Shown: piece after piece, positions 16,339 through 25,417 of the stretch
How positions within the stretch are numbered: position 1 is the stretch's first letter
How the letters are laid out: each line of letters begins with the position of its first letter
Assembly (NCBI GenBank): GCA_964618295.1
Contig: CAZTWV010000001.1
Coordinates: 9,435-73,434 of the forward strand
DNA from: an uncultured Anaerolineales bacterium
Lineage (GTDB): Bacteria; Chloroflexota; Anaerolineae; Anaerolineales; UBA11858
Direction of reading: 5' to 3'
DNA length: 64,000 nt
Made by a program: the position numbers and the translations under genes
Notes under the pieces: model-generated
The model's database searches: none
Seen by the model: the letters and a program-made list of their open reading frames with translations, nothing else
What the model was told of the DNA's origin: nothing

Positions 16339-17421
16339 ATGTTCTCAAGCTTGGGGAGAATCTATGATTTGGAAAACCCTTCTTACCTCAAAGCCAATCG
16401 GTCAGATTTGATTACGAAAGAACAAAAATCCATTTTAAGCAGTCAGCCGGCGGGATGGTTTGGGATGGTTAAATTTGGAAGAGGGGTTAAGTATTTTTTC
16501 ATCGTTCCTTTTCTAGCTTTTTTTCTGGCTGCTCTGCTTTTATCTTTTAATGTTGATCCTCTGTTCGCCGGACTCAGCCTGGTGGGGGTGTTTACAATTT
16601 TTATCTTGCTGCTGCTGATTCGTTGGATAAAATCCAGGCGTTGGAGTGCTGACCTGAAAAGGGAATTAGAGCCAAATCAAGTATCACAGGAAGTCGGACA
16701 GCTGAAATTTGGGAGATTTAATTATTACATCAGAGTTAGAGGGCGAAAGCTTCTGCTTCCGTTTCTCAGCAAGGGTACCCTTCAACCCGGTCTGGATTAC
16801 AGGTTTTATTACCTGCCCGAATCAGGCACGGTTTTATCTGCCGAAGTTCTCAAAGGTGGGAGTGGGGACAGAGTAAGCCAGGGTTTAACGGCAGTGCTGG
16901 CGGATGGAAATCATTTTCGAATGAAATGTCTTCCGGATAATCGAGCCGGGTGTCTTGCTTTTCCTCAATATTCCCTGCTGGTTATGAACAGTTTGACGTC
17001 TATTTTGCTTCTGGTTGTACCGATCGGCATTTTTTATTCCCAGCGCTCAAAGTTTGGTTGGGTAGGAGGGAAATTTTCATTGTTTGCCCTCACTGGTGTG
17101 GTTCGCGAACCGAATCCTGGAACACTGCTGCTGGGAGCTGTATTGTTAATCTTGCTTGGGGTGGGGATTTTCCGGTTTGGAAACGCCTTGCTGGATTTAC
17201 TGTTTGGAAAAGTGGACGCTGTGGAAGGGATGGGAAGTGTTGATATTAAACAGTCAAGTGATAGTGACGGCGACACTTCAAATACTTATTTTTATCTGAT
17301 TGGAGACAGGAAATTTCGGGTCAGGAAACGGGCGTTTTTTGCTTTTGAACCAGGAAAAACCTATCGGGCGTATTTTACTCCCAGAACAAAAACCCTGGTA
17401 AACATCGAGGTCTTAGATTAA
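16339..17421 (+). CDS. Hypothetical membrane protein built from two tandem [2-TM + small beta-rich domain] modules
   Basis: GGAGGAGG lies 5 nt upstream of the ATG at 16339. The internal repeat is visible by eye: YYIRVRGRKLLLP...GLDYRFYYLPESGTVLSAEVL versus YFYLIGDRKFRVR...GKTYRAYFTPRTKTLVNIEVL, each preceded by a hydrophobic helix pair. Confidence 0.55.
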   Translation: MFSSLGRIYDLENPSYLKANRSDLITKEQKSILSSQPAGWFGMVKFGRGVKYFFIVPFLAFFLAALLLSFNVDPLFAGLSLVGVFTIFILLLLIRWIKSRRWSADLKRELEPNQVSQEVGQLKFGRFNYYIRVRGRKLLLPFLSKGTLQPGLDYRFYYLPESGTVLSAEVLKGGSGDRVSQGLTAVLADGNHFRMKCLPDNRAGCLAFPQYSLLVMNSLTSILLLVVPIGIFYSQRSKFGWVGGKFSLFALTGVVREPNPGTLLLGAVLLILLGVGIFRFGNALLDLLFGKVDAVEGMGSVDIKQSSDSDGDTSNTYFYLIGDRKFRVRKRAFFAFEPGKTYRAYFTPRTKTLVNIEVLD

Positions 17422-17423
17422 AT

Positions 17424-17462
17424 AAAAAAGGTCGGAGCAGTCAGCTCCGACCTTAGCTTTTT
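17424..17462. terminator. Bidirectional terminator between convergent genes
   Basis: AAAAAA-GGTCGGAGC-AGTCA-GCTCCGACC-TT..TTTTT. On the minus strand the hairpin is followed by TTTTTTATTT. Confidence 0.8.
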
Positions 17463-18840
17463 ACCCTATAGGTTCAAATTGAGCGGTGAAGTGGCGCATC
17501 AGCCGCGGCGCCTTTGTAATCCGGTAACCCTGTAGTTTGTCTTTATCTTTGTAGATTTCAGCCAGGATTTTAATTACATAATCCAGATGACTCTGCGTAT
17601 ATGTCCGGCGGGGCAGGGCCAAACGAACCAGCTCGAGCTCTGGATAGATCATCTCCCCTGTGTCGGGATCGGGGAAGGCGAATGCAACTGAACCCAGTTC
17701 AACAGCCCGGATCCCTCCCCGCAGGTAAAGTTCAACGACCAGAGCCTGTCCTGGAAATTCTGGCTGAGGTATGTGAGGAAGAAGCTGGCCGGCATCAATA
17801 TAGACAGCATGTCCCCCGGCTGGTTCAAGCACGGGAACTCCGGCTTCTTTCAAGTTCTCTACCAGGTAGGAAGATTGGTTGATCCTGTATTTCAGATAAT
17901 CTTCATCTAAACCTTCCCGCAATCCAACCGCAATCGCGTCCAGGTCTCTTCCTGCCAGGCCACCGTAGGTGATAAATCCTTCCCGCATGATCAGTTCATT
18001 ACAAAACTTTTCGTACAGATCATCATTGTTGACCGCCAGGAAACCGCCTATGTTGACAATCGCGTCCTTTTTGGCGCTCATTGTGGCTCCATCGGCCAGG
18101 GCAAAGACCTCGCGGGTAATTTCGAGTGTGGTTTTATCACTGTAACCTGGTTCTCGCTGCTTGATGAAGTAAGCATTTTCTGCGAAACGGCAGGCATCAA
18201 TGAAGAATGGAATTTGATACCGGCGGTAAATTTCCGCAGCACCAGTCAGGTTTTTTAAAGAGACTGGTTGTCCGCCGCCTGAATTATTGGTGATGGTGAT
18301 CATTCCGAGCGGGATATTTTCCACTCCTTTTTCCTGGATGAAATTTTCCAGTTTTTCCAGATCCATGTTGCCCTTAAATGGATGCTGCAGCTGTGGGTCG
18401 TATGCTTCATCGATCACCAGGTTGGTTGGTCGGCCGCCCCGGGCCCGGATGTTCCCTTCCGTAGTGTCAAAATGCATATTCGAGGGCACATATTGGCCAG
18501 GTTTCAGCATCACCGAGCAGAGGATATTTTCAGCGGCCCGTCCCTGGTGAGTGGGAACAAAATGTTTGAACCCAAAGATCTCATCCATTGTTTGGGACAA
18601 ACGAGCGTAGGAGCGGGCCCCGGCATAGGATTCGTCTCCTTTCATCATTGCTGACCATTGGTTCTGGCTCATCGCCCCCGTTCCGGAATCCGTCAGTAAA
18701 TCAATAAAGATGTCGCTGGCTGCCAATCCAAACACATTGTATCTTGCTTTTTTAAGGGCTTGATTCCTTTGATCAGCATCAATCAGGCGGATCGGTTCTA
18801 CCATTTTGATCCGGAAAGGTTCGGGGGGGTGATTGGTCAT
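17461..18840 (-). CDS. Beta-eliminating lyase: tryptophanase / tyrosine phenol-lyase family (PLP-dependent)
   Basis: FRIKMVEPIRLI...DLLTDSGTGAMSQNQWSAMMKGDESYAG... with PLP-lysine block SAKKDAIVNIGG. Start set to MTNHPPEP (ATG 18838-18840), preceded by AGGAGG. I cannot separate TnaA from TPL by eye. Confidence 0.8.
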   Translation of the reverse strand: MTNHPPEPFRIKMVEPIRLIDADQRNQALKKARYNVFGLAASDIFIDLLTDSGTGAMSQNQWSAMMKGDESYAGARSYARLSQTMDEIFGFKHFVPTHQGRAAENILCSVMLKPGQYVPSNMHFDTTEGNIRARGGRPTNLVIDEAYDPQLQHPFKGNMDLEKLENFIQEKGVENIPLGMITITNNSGGGQPVSLKNLTGAAEIYRRYQIPFFIDACRFAENAYFIKQREPGYSDKTTLEITREVFALADGATMSAKKDAIVNIGGFLAVNNDDLYEKFCNELIMREGFITYGGLAGRDLDAIAVGLREGLDEDYLKYRINQSSYLVENLKEAGVPVLEPAGGHAVYIDAGQLLPHIPQPEFPGQALVVELYLRGGIRAVELGSVAFAFPDPDTGEMIYPELELVRLALPRRTYTQSHLDYVIKILAEIYKDKDKLQGYRITKAPRLMRHFTAQFEPIG

Positions 18841-18976
18841 ACCAAGCCTCCTGGGCGTGTTGGATATTCTTGGTAAAAGTCTAACATGGAGTTTCTTTCT
18901 GCCCAAGTGATTTAATACTTTCTCCGCTATAATTCAAACAACAGGTATTTTTCTGAGATTAAAAAGGTTGGGAACA

Positions 18977-19621
18977 ATGCTTGATATTGAAAAATTTATC
19001 CTGGGACCGGTCGCTACGAATGTTTATCTGGTGATGGATCGGTCCACAAATTCTGGTGTGGTCATTGATCCTGCCTGGGACGGCGCTTTTCTGGCAAAAA
19101 AGATTAAGCAAGCTGAAATCAAGATTCATCAAATCTGGCTGACTCATGCCCATTTTGATCATTTTGCAGGGTTGGCGGCGCTGCTGGAGCAACTCAATAA
19201 CTTCCAGAAAGATCCAGTCGAGGTGGGAATGCATTCGGAAGATCAGCCGCTTTGGGAGCGGGATGGTGGAGCCGGGATGTTTGGGATTAAAATTCAGAAA
19301 CCCTCACTGCCAGCTCTCAAGTTTTTTCACGGTCAGGAACTTCGAATTGGAGAATATATTTTCCGGGTCCTTCATGCCCCGGGGCATTCTCCCGGCCATG
19401 TGATGTTTCACTGTCGATCAGAAAACATCCTGTTTTCTGGAGATGTGATCTTTCAGCGGGGGATTGGGAGAACGGACCTCCCCGGAGGTGATTTCCAGAC
19501 GCTGATAAACAGCATCCGGGAAGAAGTTTTATCTCTGCCGGATGAAACGAAAATTTTCAATGGGCATGGCCCTGAGACTTTGGTGGGTGCTGAGCGAAGC
19601 GGAAATCCTTTTCTGGACTAA
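18977..19621 (+). CDS. MBL-fold metallo-hydrolase (glyoxalase II-like)
   Basis: THAHFDH (HxHxDH) motif, HAPGHSPGH, and GDVIFQRGIGRTDLPGGD, typical of the YcbL/GloB-like subfamily. The ATG at 18977 is preferred over the TTG at 18968. Confidence 0.8.
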   Translation: MLDIEKFILGPVATNVYLVMDRSTNSGVVIDPAWDGAFLAKKIKQAEIKIHQIWLTHAHFDHFAGLAALLEQLNNFQKDPVEVGMHSEDQPLWERDGGAGMFGIKIQKPSLPALKFFHGQELRIGEYIFRVLHAPGHSPGHVMFHCRSENILFSGDVIFQRGIGRTDLPGGDFQTLINSIREEVLSLPDETKIFNGHGPETLVGAERSGNPFLD

Positions 19622-19651
19622 AAAAAATCCCCCGGAAAGACTCCAGGGGAT
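19620..19651. terminator. Terminator shared by rny (-) and the MBL hydrolase gene (+)
   Basis: Hairpin ATCCCC...GGGGAT with inner GG/CC pairs. On the minus strand it is followed by an 8-nt T-run, and on the plus strand by AGATTTATTTT. Confidence 0.65.
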
Positions 19652-19672
19652 AGATTTATTTTGGGTGCTGGA

Positions 19673-21205
19673 TTATTTCGCGTAATCCACGGTCCGTGTT
19701 TCCCGGATAACGGTTACTTTGATTTTTCCAGGATACTGCATGGTTTCCTCAATGGTTTTGGAGATATCCTTTGCCAGTCGAGAAGCTTCCAGATCATCCA
19801 CCATCTTGGGTTTGACAAAGATTCTCACCTCGCGGCCTGCCTGCAGAGCATAACTGTTTTTGACTCCATCGTAAGAATTGGCAACATCTTCCAATGCCCG
19901 AACGCGTTTCAGGTACTGTTCGAGGCTTTCTCTTCTGGCACCCGGCCGGGCTCCGGAGATCGCATCCGCAGCTTCAACAATAACTGCCTCAACCGATTCC
20001 TGTTCAACTTCATGGTGATGGGAAGCTATGGTGTTGACCACCAGGGGAGGTACCCCGTGTCTTTCCGCAAATTCAGCACCCAGCTGGGCGTGAGTTCCCT
20101 CCACATTATGATCCATGGCTTTTCCGAGGTCATGGAGCAGGGCGCCGGCTTTCGCGATTTCTACATTGGCGCCCATTTCGGCTGCCAGGATGGTCGCTAG
20201 TTTTGCAGATTCAACTGCGTGGGCCAGCTGATTTTGACCATAGGAAGTCCGGAATTTCAGCCTGCCCATCATTTTGAGGATCTCCGGGTGAAGTCCCGGT
20301 ACGCCCGCTTCATAGGCGGCCTGTTCCCCGGCTTCAATGATCACTTTTTCAATATTCTCCCGTTCTTTCTCGATGATCGTCTCGATATGGGCCGGGTGAA
20401 TCCGGCCGTCCAGGATTAGTTTTTTCATGGCTTGTTTGGCGACTTCCCGGCGGACGGAATCAAAACAGGAAATTGTAATAGCTTCCGGGGTATCGTCCAC
20501 AATCACGTCTACTCCAGATGCTTTTTCAAAGGCCCGGATATTTCTACCGTTGCGGCCGATAATCCTGCCCTTCATATCATCTGATGGCAAGGCGACAGTT
20601 GAGGAGGTGACTTCTTCAACGTGATCAGATGCTACCCGCTGGATGGCATCTGCGATCAACTTGCGGGCTTTTCTTTCCCCCTGTTCTTTTGCTTCATCTT
20701 CGATTTCACGTACAATTCGGGACATATCGTTACGAGCTTCCTGTTCAACCCGGTTTAAGAGCAGCTCACGGGCCTCTGATTGGGTCATCTGACTGACCCG
20801 CTCCAGTTCAGCAGAGATCTCATCGTAAAGTTCTTTGATTTTATTGGCTTTTTTATCAATTGCGCTCTGGCTCTTGCTGATAGCGTGTTCCCGATCTTCC
20901 AGTTTCTCTGCCCGGCGGTCCAGCTGGTCGCTGCGGCTTAACAGCCTTTCCTCATATCGATTCAGCTCGGTCCTCCGCTGCTGAGCTTCTTTTTCAGCAG
21001 ATTGGCGGACTTCTCCAGCCTGGGCCTGGGCTTCTTTGATCAGCTGTGCTGATGATCTTTCTGCTTCATTCAGAATTTGATCCGCCCGGTGCTGTTTTCT
21101 CTCTTTCTCTTTGACAACTTGATAGTTCTTCAGGAAATAGCCAATTCCAGCTCCCAGCAGAAGGGCAATTACACTGCTAAGTATGATGTTTCCGATCATG
21201 GGCAT
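19673..21205 (-). CDS. rny: Ribonuclease Y
   Basis: N-terminal TM helix, long coiled coil, KH domain (GRIIGRNGRNIRAFE) and HD domain (LLHDLGKA...). The length and order are canonical for RNase Y. Confidence 0.92.
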   Translation of the reverse strand: MPMIGNIILSSVIALLLGAGIGYFLKNYQVVKEKERKQHRADQILNEAERSSAQLIKEAQAQAGEVRQSAEKEAQQRRTELNRYEERLLSRSDQLDRRAEKLEDREHAISKSQSAIDKKANKIKELYDEISAELERVSQMTQSEARELLLNRVEQEARNDMSRIVREIEDEAKEQGERKARKLIADAIQRVASDHVEEVTSSTVALPSDDMKGRIIGRNGRNIRAFEKASGVDVIVDDTPEAITISCFDSVRREVAKQAMKKLILDGRIHPAHIETIIEKERENIEKVIIEAGEQAAYEAGVPGLHPEILKMMGRLKFRTSYGQNQLAHAVESAKLATILAAEMGANVEIAKAGALLHDLGKAMDHNVEGTHAQLGAEFAERHGVPPLVVNTIASHHHEVEQESVEAVIVEAADAISGARPGARRESLEQYLKRVRALEDVANSYDGVKNSYALQAGREVRIFVKPKMVDDLEASRLAKDISKTIEETMQYPGKIKVTVIRETRTVDYAK

Positions 21206-21269
21206 ATCCTCTACTTGTTTTATCTGTAAATCCGCTGTTGGGCGGACTGCTTGTTAGTAAATTAAAAAC

Positions 21270-21902
21270 TTAATCCAATAATTCCGTGTTTTGCTTTTCC
21301 CAGAGCTCCTGAACGATTTCTTTGCACAGCCCATAGTGAAAACCTTTCCGGGAAAGGTATCCATACAGTTTTTTCTGAAAATCCATCTGCTCCAAATCTC
21401 TGACCCGCTCGATTTTTTTTTGAGCAAGCCGCATGGCAAGCTCACGTTCATCGAGGTCTTCGAGAACTTCCTGGATGATTTCCCGGGAAATTCCTTTTTG
21501 ATAGAGTTCACTTGAAAGGGCTTTTTTCCCCCGGGGGCGAAAGGTGTTCCTGTTCTCAACCCATTCTTGAGCAAAACTGAGATCATCGACCAGGGATTGA
21601 TCTTTCAGGCGGTCAAGCGCAGCACTTATCGCAGAGGAGGAGAGTTCCTTTTTTTCCAGATGGCGCCTGATTTCTGCTTCAGAACGATTGCGGTAGCTGA
21701 GATAGTGGAGCGACTTCTGGTATGCCTGTTCCTCTTCATCCTGCTGTTGGAGTTTGCGAATTTGGTCCGGTTCTAAATTACCCCCGACCTGAAGCCAGGG
21801 TGCCAGAGCTCGGGCTATTCCAAAGCCAAATTCCCCATTAAGATACACATTCAATCGATCCGGGTTTCTTTTTTGAGGTTGTAAATCAGTAATTTTAACC
21901 AT
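21270..21902 (-). CDS. recX: Recombination regulator RecX
   Basis: MVKITDLQPQKRNPDRLNVYLNGEFGFGI plus three-helix repeats with the RecX-like pattern (ALHYLSYRNRSEAEIRRHL...). The start is ambiguous, ATG 21902 or GTG 21917, and neither has a clear SD. Confidence 0.8.
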   Translation of the reverse strand: MVKITDLQPQKRNPDRLNVYLNGEFGFGIARALAPWLQVGGNLEPDQIRKLQQQDEEEQAYQKSLHYLSYRNRSEAEIRRHLEKKELSSSAISAALDRLKDQSLVDDLSFAQEWVENRNTFRPRGKKALSSELYQKGISREIIQEVLEDLDERELAMRLAQKKIERVRDLEQMDFQKKLYGYLSRKGFHYGLCKEIVQELWEKQNTELLD

Positions 21903-22475
21903 AAACAGCCGTGTCACTACCCGCTTGGGCCACGGCTGCTGGGAATTACTTGTTTAAGATCTTAAATCACTGCAATGTGGTATGCGATGATAGCCAGGAT
22001 TTTATGGAAATATCCACTGCTACCGAGCGCTGCAATGCTACACTTGGTGCTCCTACTTTATGCCTTTGTGTTTACTGCTTTATTACCACGTTGTAATGGT
22101 AGATCTATTTCAGTAACCGTAGCCGCTGATTTGATTTCTGAGCGGCAGTGCTGAGATCAGAAAATATTTTGATATGATATTAACAGGGTTTGAATGAGCA
22201 TTCATCTCACCAATTTTTCTTCTGATCTCTGTCTCAATCCAATTTGAGACCATGAGATTGTATTTTATTCGTTGTCCAGATGATTTGATCTGGTTCTGCA
22301 CCTATTATACACGAAATTGCTCTAAGTGCTATATTAAGAAATTACAGAAATTTTTAAGAAAAGTTACCCTCAGGTTGAATCCCTGGCTTCGAATCAGGTG
22401 CTGAATGGATTCCTGACGTCGGATCTGGATGAGGTGAATTGACCTGGATGGTAGGATATTAAAAGGAGGATGATA

Positions 22476-22952
22476 ATGCGGATCTGTTTTGTTTGTCTGG
22501 GAAATATCGTTCGGAGTCCACTGGCTGAAAACCTGTTCCGGCACCTGGTGGAAGAGCGGGAAATTGATGAAGAATATGAGGTGGATTCTGCAGGAACATC
22601 AGCTTTCCATGTCGGTGAAGCTCCTGATGGAAGAATGCGCAGTGTGGCCCGGGAGCGGGGCTTGTTTTATTCCGGAAAAGCCCGTCAGTTTACCAGAACT
22701 GATTTTAATAATTTCGATCTGATTCTGGCAATGGACCAGGAAAACAAAGAAGTCCTCAGCTCTCTGGCGGCCTCTGAAGAACAGCGCCAAAAAATCCGTT
22801 TGCTGCGAGAATTTGATCCCAGAGCGGATGGAGAGTTAGATGTGCCGGATCCATATTATGGGGGAATTGATGGCTTTCACGATGTATATGACCTGGTAGA
22901 GCGGTCGATCCTGGGTTTGCTGGAGGTCCTGGAACATGACAGGAATTCCTGA
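22476..22952 (+). CDS. Low-molecular-weight protein-tyrosine phosphatase family
   Basis: Active-site P-loop ICFVCLGNIVRS (CxxxxxRS) and the DPYYG acid loop. AGGAGG lies 6 nt upstream of the ATG at 22476. Confidence 0.85.
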   Translation: MRICFVCLGNIVRSPLAENLFRHLVEEREIDEEYEVDSAGTSAFHVGEAPDGRMRSVARERGLFYSGKARQFTRTDFNNFDLILAMDQENKEVLSSLAASEEQRQKIRLLREFDPRADGELDVPDPYYGGIDGFHDVYDLVERSILGLLEVLEHDRNS

Positions 22953-23793
22953 AGAAGTAAGTACCTGGTTGAAGAATCAGGGATACGGTTTTCCCACCTC
23001 ACTGCGGAATGTCAGCGGGGGATGTATCCATCACAGTCTCCAGGTTGAGACCGAGTCTGGACAATCCTTCTTTCTAAAAACTAATCCCCGGGCTCCCCGG
23101 GATATGTTTCCTGCAGAAGCCGAAGGGCTCCGGAAAATTAAGGTTGAAGGAGGTCCGAAGGTGCCGGAAGTCCTGCTGGCAGCGGACCGATTCCTTCTTT
23201 TAGAAGACCTCCAGCCTGGACCAGAAAAACCCACCTATTGGATCGAGTTCGGGGGGCAGCTGGCAGCACTTCACAACCATACCAGTGAAGATTTCGGCTA
23301 TGAGATAGATAATTACATCGGTTCAACTCCCCAGGTGAATTCCCTGGAAGAAAATGGTTGGTCCTTTTTTGCCAGGCATCGGCTGCAGTATCAGGGAAGA
23401 TTGGCCCTGGAAAGGGGGTATTTAGAGACTGCGGAGTTTGATCAGCTGGTGAGGATCTGTGAGAAGCTTCCCGATTTGATTCCGGACCAGCCGGCATCTC
23501 TGCTGCATGGGGATCTGTGGTCCGGCAATCTGATGACCGATAAGAATGGATCCCCCGCAGTAATTGACCCCGCAGTTTATTTTGGCTGGGCAGAGGCTGA
23601 CCTGGCCATGACTGATCTTTTTGGTTCGTTTCCGGCAGAATTTTACAGCTCGTACCAGTCTGTCCGCGACCTGGAAGCGGGGTTCAGGGAGCGCTATCCG
23701 ATTTACAATCTTTATCATTTGCTGAATCATCTAAATCTATTTGGGAAAGGGTATTACTCCCGTGTAACCCAGGTGCTGAAGAAATATTCATAA
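22936..23793 (+). CDS. Fructosamine/ketosamine-3-kinase family protein
   Basis: LLHGDLWSGNLM catalytic loop, with DPA-x-YFGWAEADLA and NLYHLLNHLNLFG typical of the FN3K family. Overlaps the upstream phosphatase gene by 17 nt. Confidence 0.85.
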   Translation: MTGIPEEVSTWLKNQGYGFPTSLRNVSGGCIHHSLQVETESGQSFFLKTNPRAPRDMFPAEAEGLRKIKVEGGPKVPEVLLAADRFLLLEDLQPGPEKPTYWIEFGGQLAALHNHTSEDFGYEIDNYIGSTPQVNSLEENGWSFFARHRLQYQGRLALERGYLETAEFDQLVRICEKLPDLIPDQPASLLHGDLWSGNLMTDKNGSPAVIDPAVYFGWAEADLAMTDLFGSFPAEFYSSYQSVRDLEAGFRERYPIYNLYHLLNHLNLFGKGYYSRVTQVLKKYS

Positions 23794-23898
23794 CCAGGTC
23801 CTTTTCGAATGGAATTTCGAAATTGTTAATACAAATCCGATTTTGTAATGATAGAATTTGGACTGGTATTTCAATTGAGTGAAGGATAAAACGGTTGC

Positions 23899-25293
23899 AT
23901 GAGTATTCCTTACTGGGTACAAGACGCAGTTTTTTACCAGATTTTTCCCGATCGATTTGCAAATGGCGACCCGAAAAATGACCCCCCGAATGTTGATTCC
24001 TGGGGATCCAAGCCGACCATCTGGAATTTTATGGGAGGTGATCTCCGGGGTGTGATCCGGAATCTGGATTATTTATTGGATTTGGGGATCAATGCAATAT
24101 ATTTCAACCCCATTTTTCAGGCTACGTCCAATCACCGCTACAACATCAGCAATTATTATCAGATTGATCCCAAACTTGGAAATTTGAATGATTTTTCCGC
24201 CCTGCTGGATGCCGCTCACCGGAGTGGGATCCGGATTATTCTTGATGGGGTTTTTAATCACTGCGGCCGGGGTTTTTTCGCTTTCAACGATGTGCTTGAA
24301 AACCACTCACATTCACCTTATAAAGACTGGTTTCATCTCAATAACATTCCCCCGGATGCGTATTCCCCTGGGGATGCTGATGATTACGAAGCCTGGTGGA
24401 AATTTAAAAGCCTGCCAAAATTCAACACTGATAATCCTGCAGTCCGGGAATTTATTTTTGATGTAGCCCGGCATTGGATCCGCCTGGGGGCGGATGGCTG
24501 GCGGTTGGATGTTCCAAATGAGATTGATGATATGGCTTTCTGGGAAGAATTCAGGGGTGTGGTAAAAGCTGAAAACCCGGATGCTTATCTGGTTGGTGAG
24601 ATCTGGGATGGAGATCCTGCCTGGGTCGGTGAGAGTTCTTTTGATGGTTTGATGAATTACCCGGTTCGAGATGCGTTGCTTGGATTGCTAAAGGGGAAAA
24701 CCACCACAGCAGATTTTGATCAAGCCATTCAGAAGCTGCTGACTCAATATCCGAGAGAAAATGTTTACGGGATGCTGCTGTCCCTGGGTTCCCACGATAC
24801 AGTGCGGCTTCTAACAGAGCTGGAAGGCAATCTTAAAAAACTGAAATTAGCCTTGATGTTTCAGATGGCATACCCCGGAGCGCCATCTATTTACTATGGT
24901 GATGAAATTGGGTTGGAAGGTGGAAAGGACCCAGACTGCAGACGGGCTTTTCCCTGGGATACCTCCTCCTGGAACCAGGAACTCCGGAGTTTCACCCAGC
25001 AGTTGATTGCAATCCGCAAGAAACGGATTGTTCTCCGACGCGGAGATTATCAAACAGTGCTGGTGGACCCCAAGCGTGGCGGCTACAGCTTTTCCCGGAA
25101 GCTGGGTCTGGATGCTGTCCTGGTAGTCTTCAACGCCAGCAAGACAAGGCGAGTTTATCACCTTCCAATCGAAGATTTGAATTGGCAGGAAGGAAGGATA
25201 CTGCACAACTTGCTGGACCATCAGGAATACATCAGCGCCGGTGATGAGCTGGTGGTCTCTCTGGAGCCATGGACTGGAGCCTGGATATGTTGA
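23899..25293 (+). CDS. Glycoside hydrolase family 13 (alpha-amylase superfamily; neopullulanase/alpha-glucosidase-like, no signal peptide)
   Basis: GH13 conserved regions: DGVFNHCG (I), GWRLDVPNEI (II), VGEIW (III), LGSHDT (IV). N-terminal YQIFPDRFANGD. Confidence 0.85.
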   Translation: MSIPYWVQDAVFYQIFPDRFANGDPKNDPPNVDSWGSKPTIWNFMGGDLRGVIRNLDYLLDLGINAIYFNPIFQATSNHRYNISNYYQIDPKLGNLNDFSALLDAAHRSGIRIILDGVFNHCGRGFFAFNDVLENHSHSPYKDWFHLNNIPPDAYSPGDADDYEAWWKFKSLPKFNTDNPAVREFIFDVARHWIRLGADGWRLDVPNEIDDMAFWEEFRGVVKAENPDAYLVGEIWDGDPAWVGESSFDGLMNYPVRDALLGLLKGKTTTADFDQAIQKLLTQYPRENVYGMLLSLGSHDTVRLLTELEGNLKKLKLALMFQMAYPGAPSIYYGDEIGLEGGKDPDCRRAFPWDTSSWNQELRSFTQQLIAIRKKRIVLRRGDYQTVLVDPKRGGYSFSRKLGLDAVLVVFNASKTRRVYHLPIEDLNWQEGRILHNLLDHQEYISAGDELVVSLEPWTGAWIC

Positions 25294-25417
25294 TAGATGG
25301 GGGATGCAGGGCAGGGATTAGAAATAAAAGATGGTACAATACAACGCTTGGGGGAAGGTCCGTATGCTCCCCATTAATTTGAAAATAGTAATTAAAAATA
25401 GATTTAGTAGGAGGTAA

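Noticed and set aside
19661-20200. A 179-aa plus-strand ORF.
   Set aside because: It lies entirely inside and antisense to rny, a very confident call.
21911-22096. A Cys-rich 61-aa ORF in the AT-rich gap, considered as a possible RiPP precursor or small toxin.
   Set aside because: It has no SD and no adjacent modification, transport or immunity genes, and its composition is consistent with random translation of AT-rich DNA. The region is kept only as part of the coding-desert finding.
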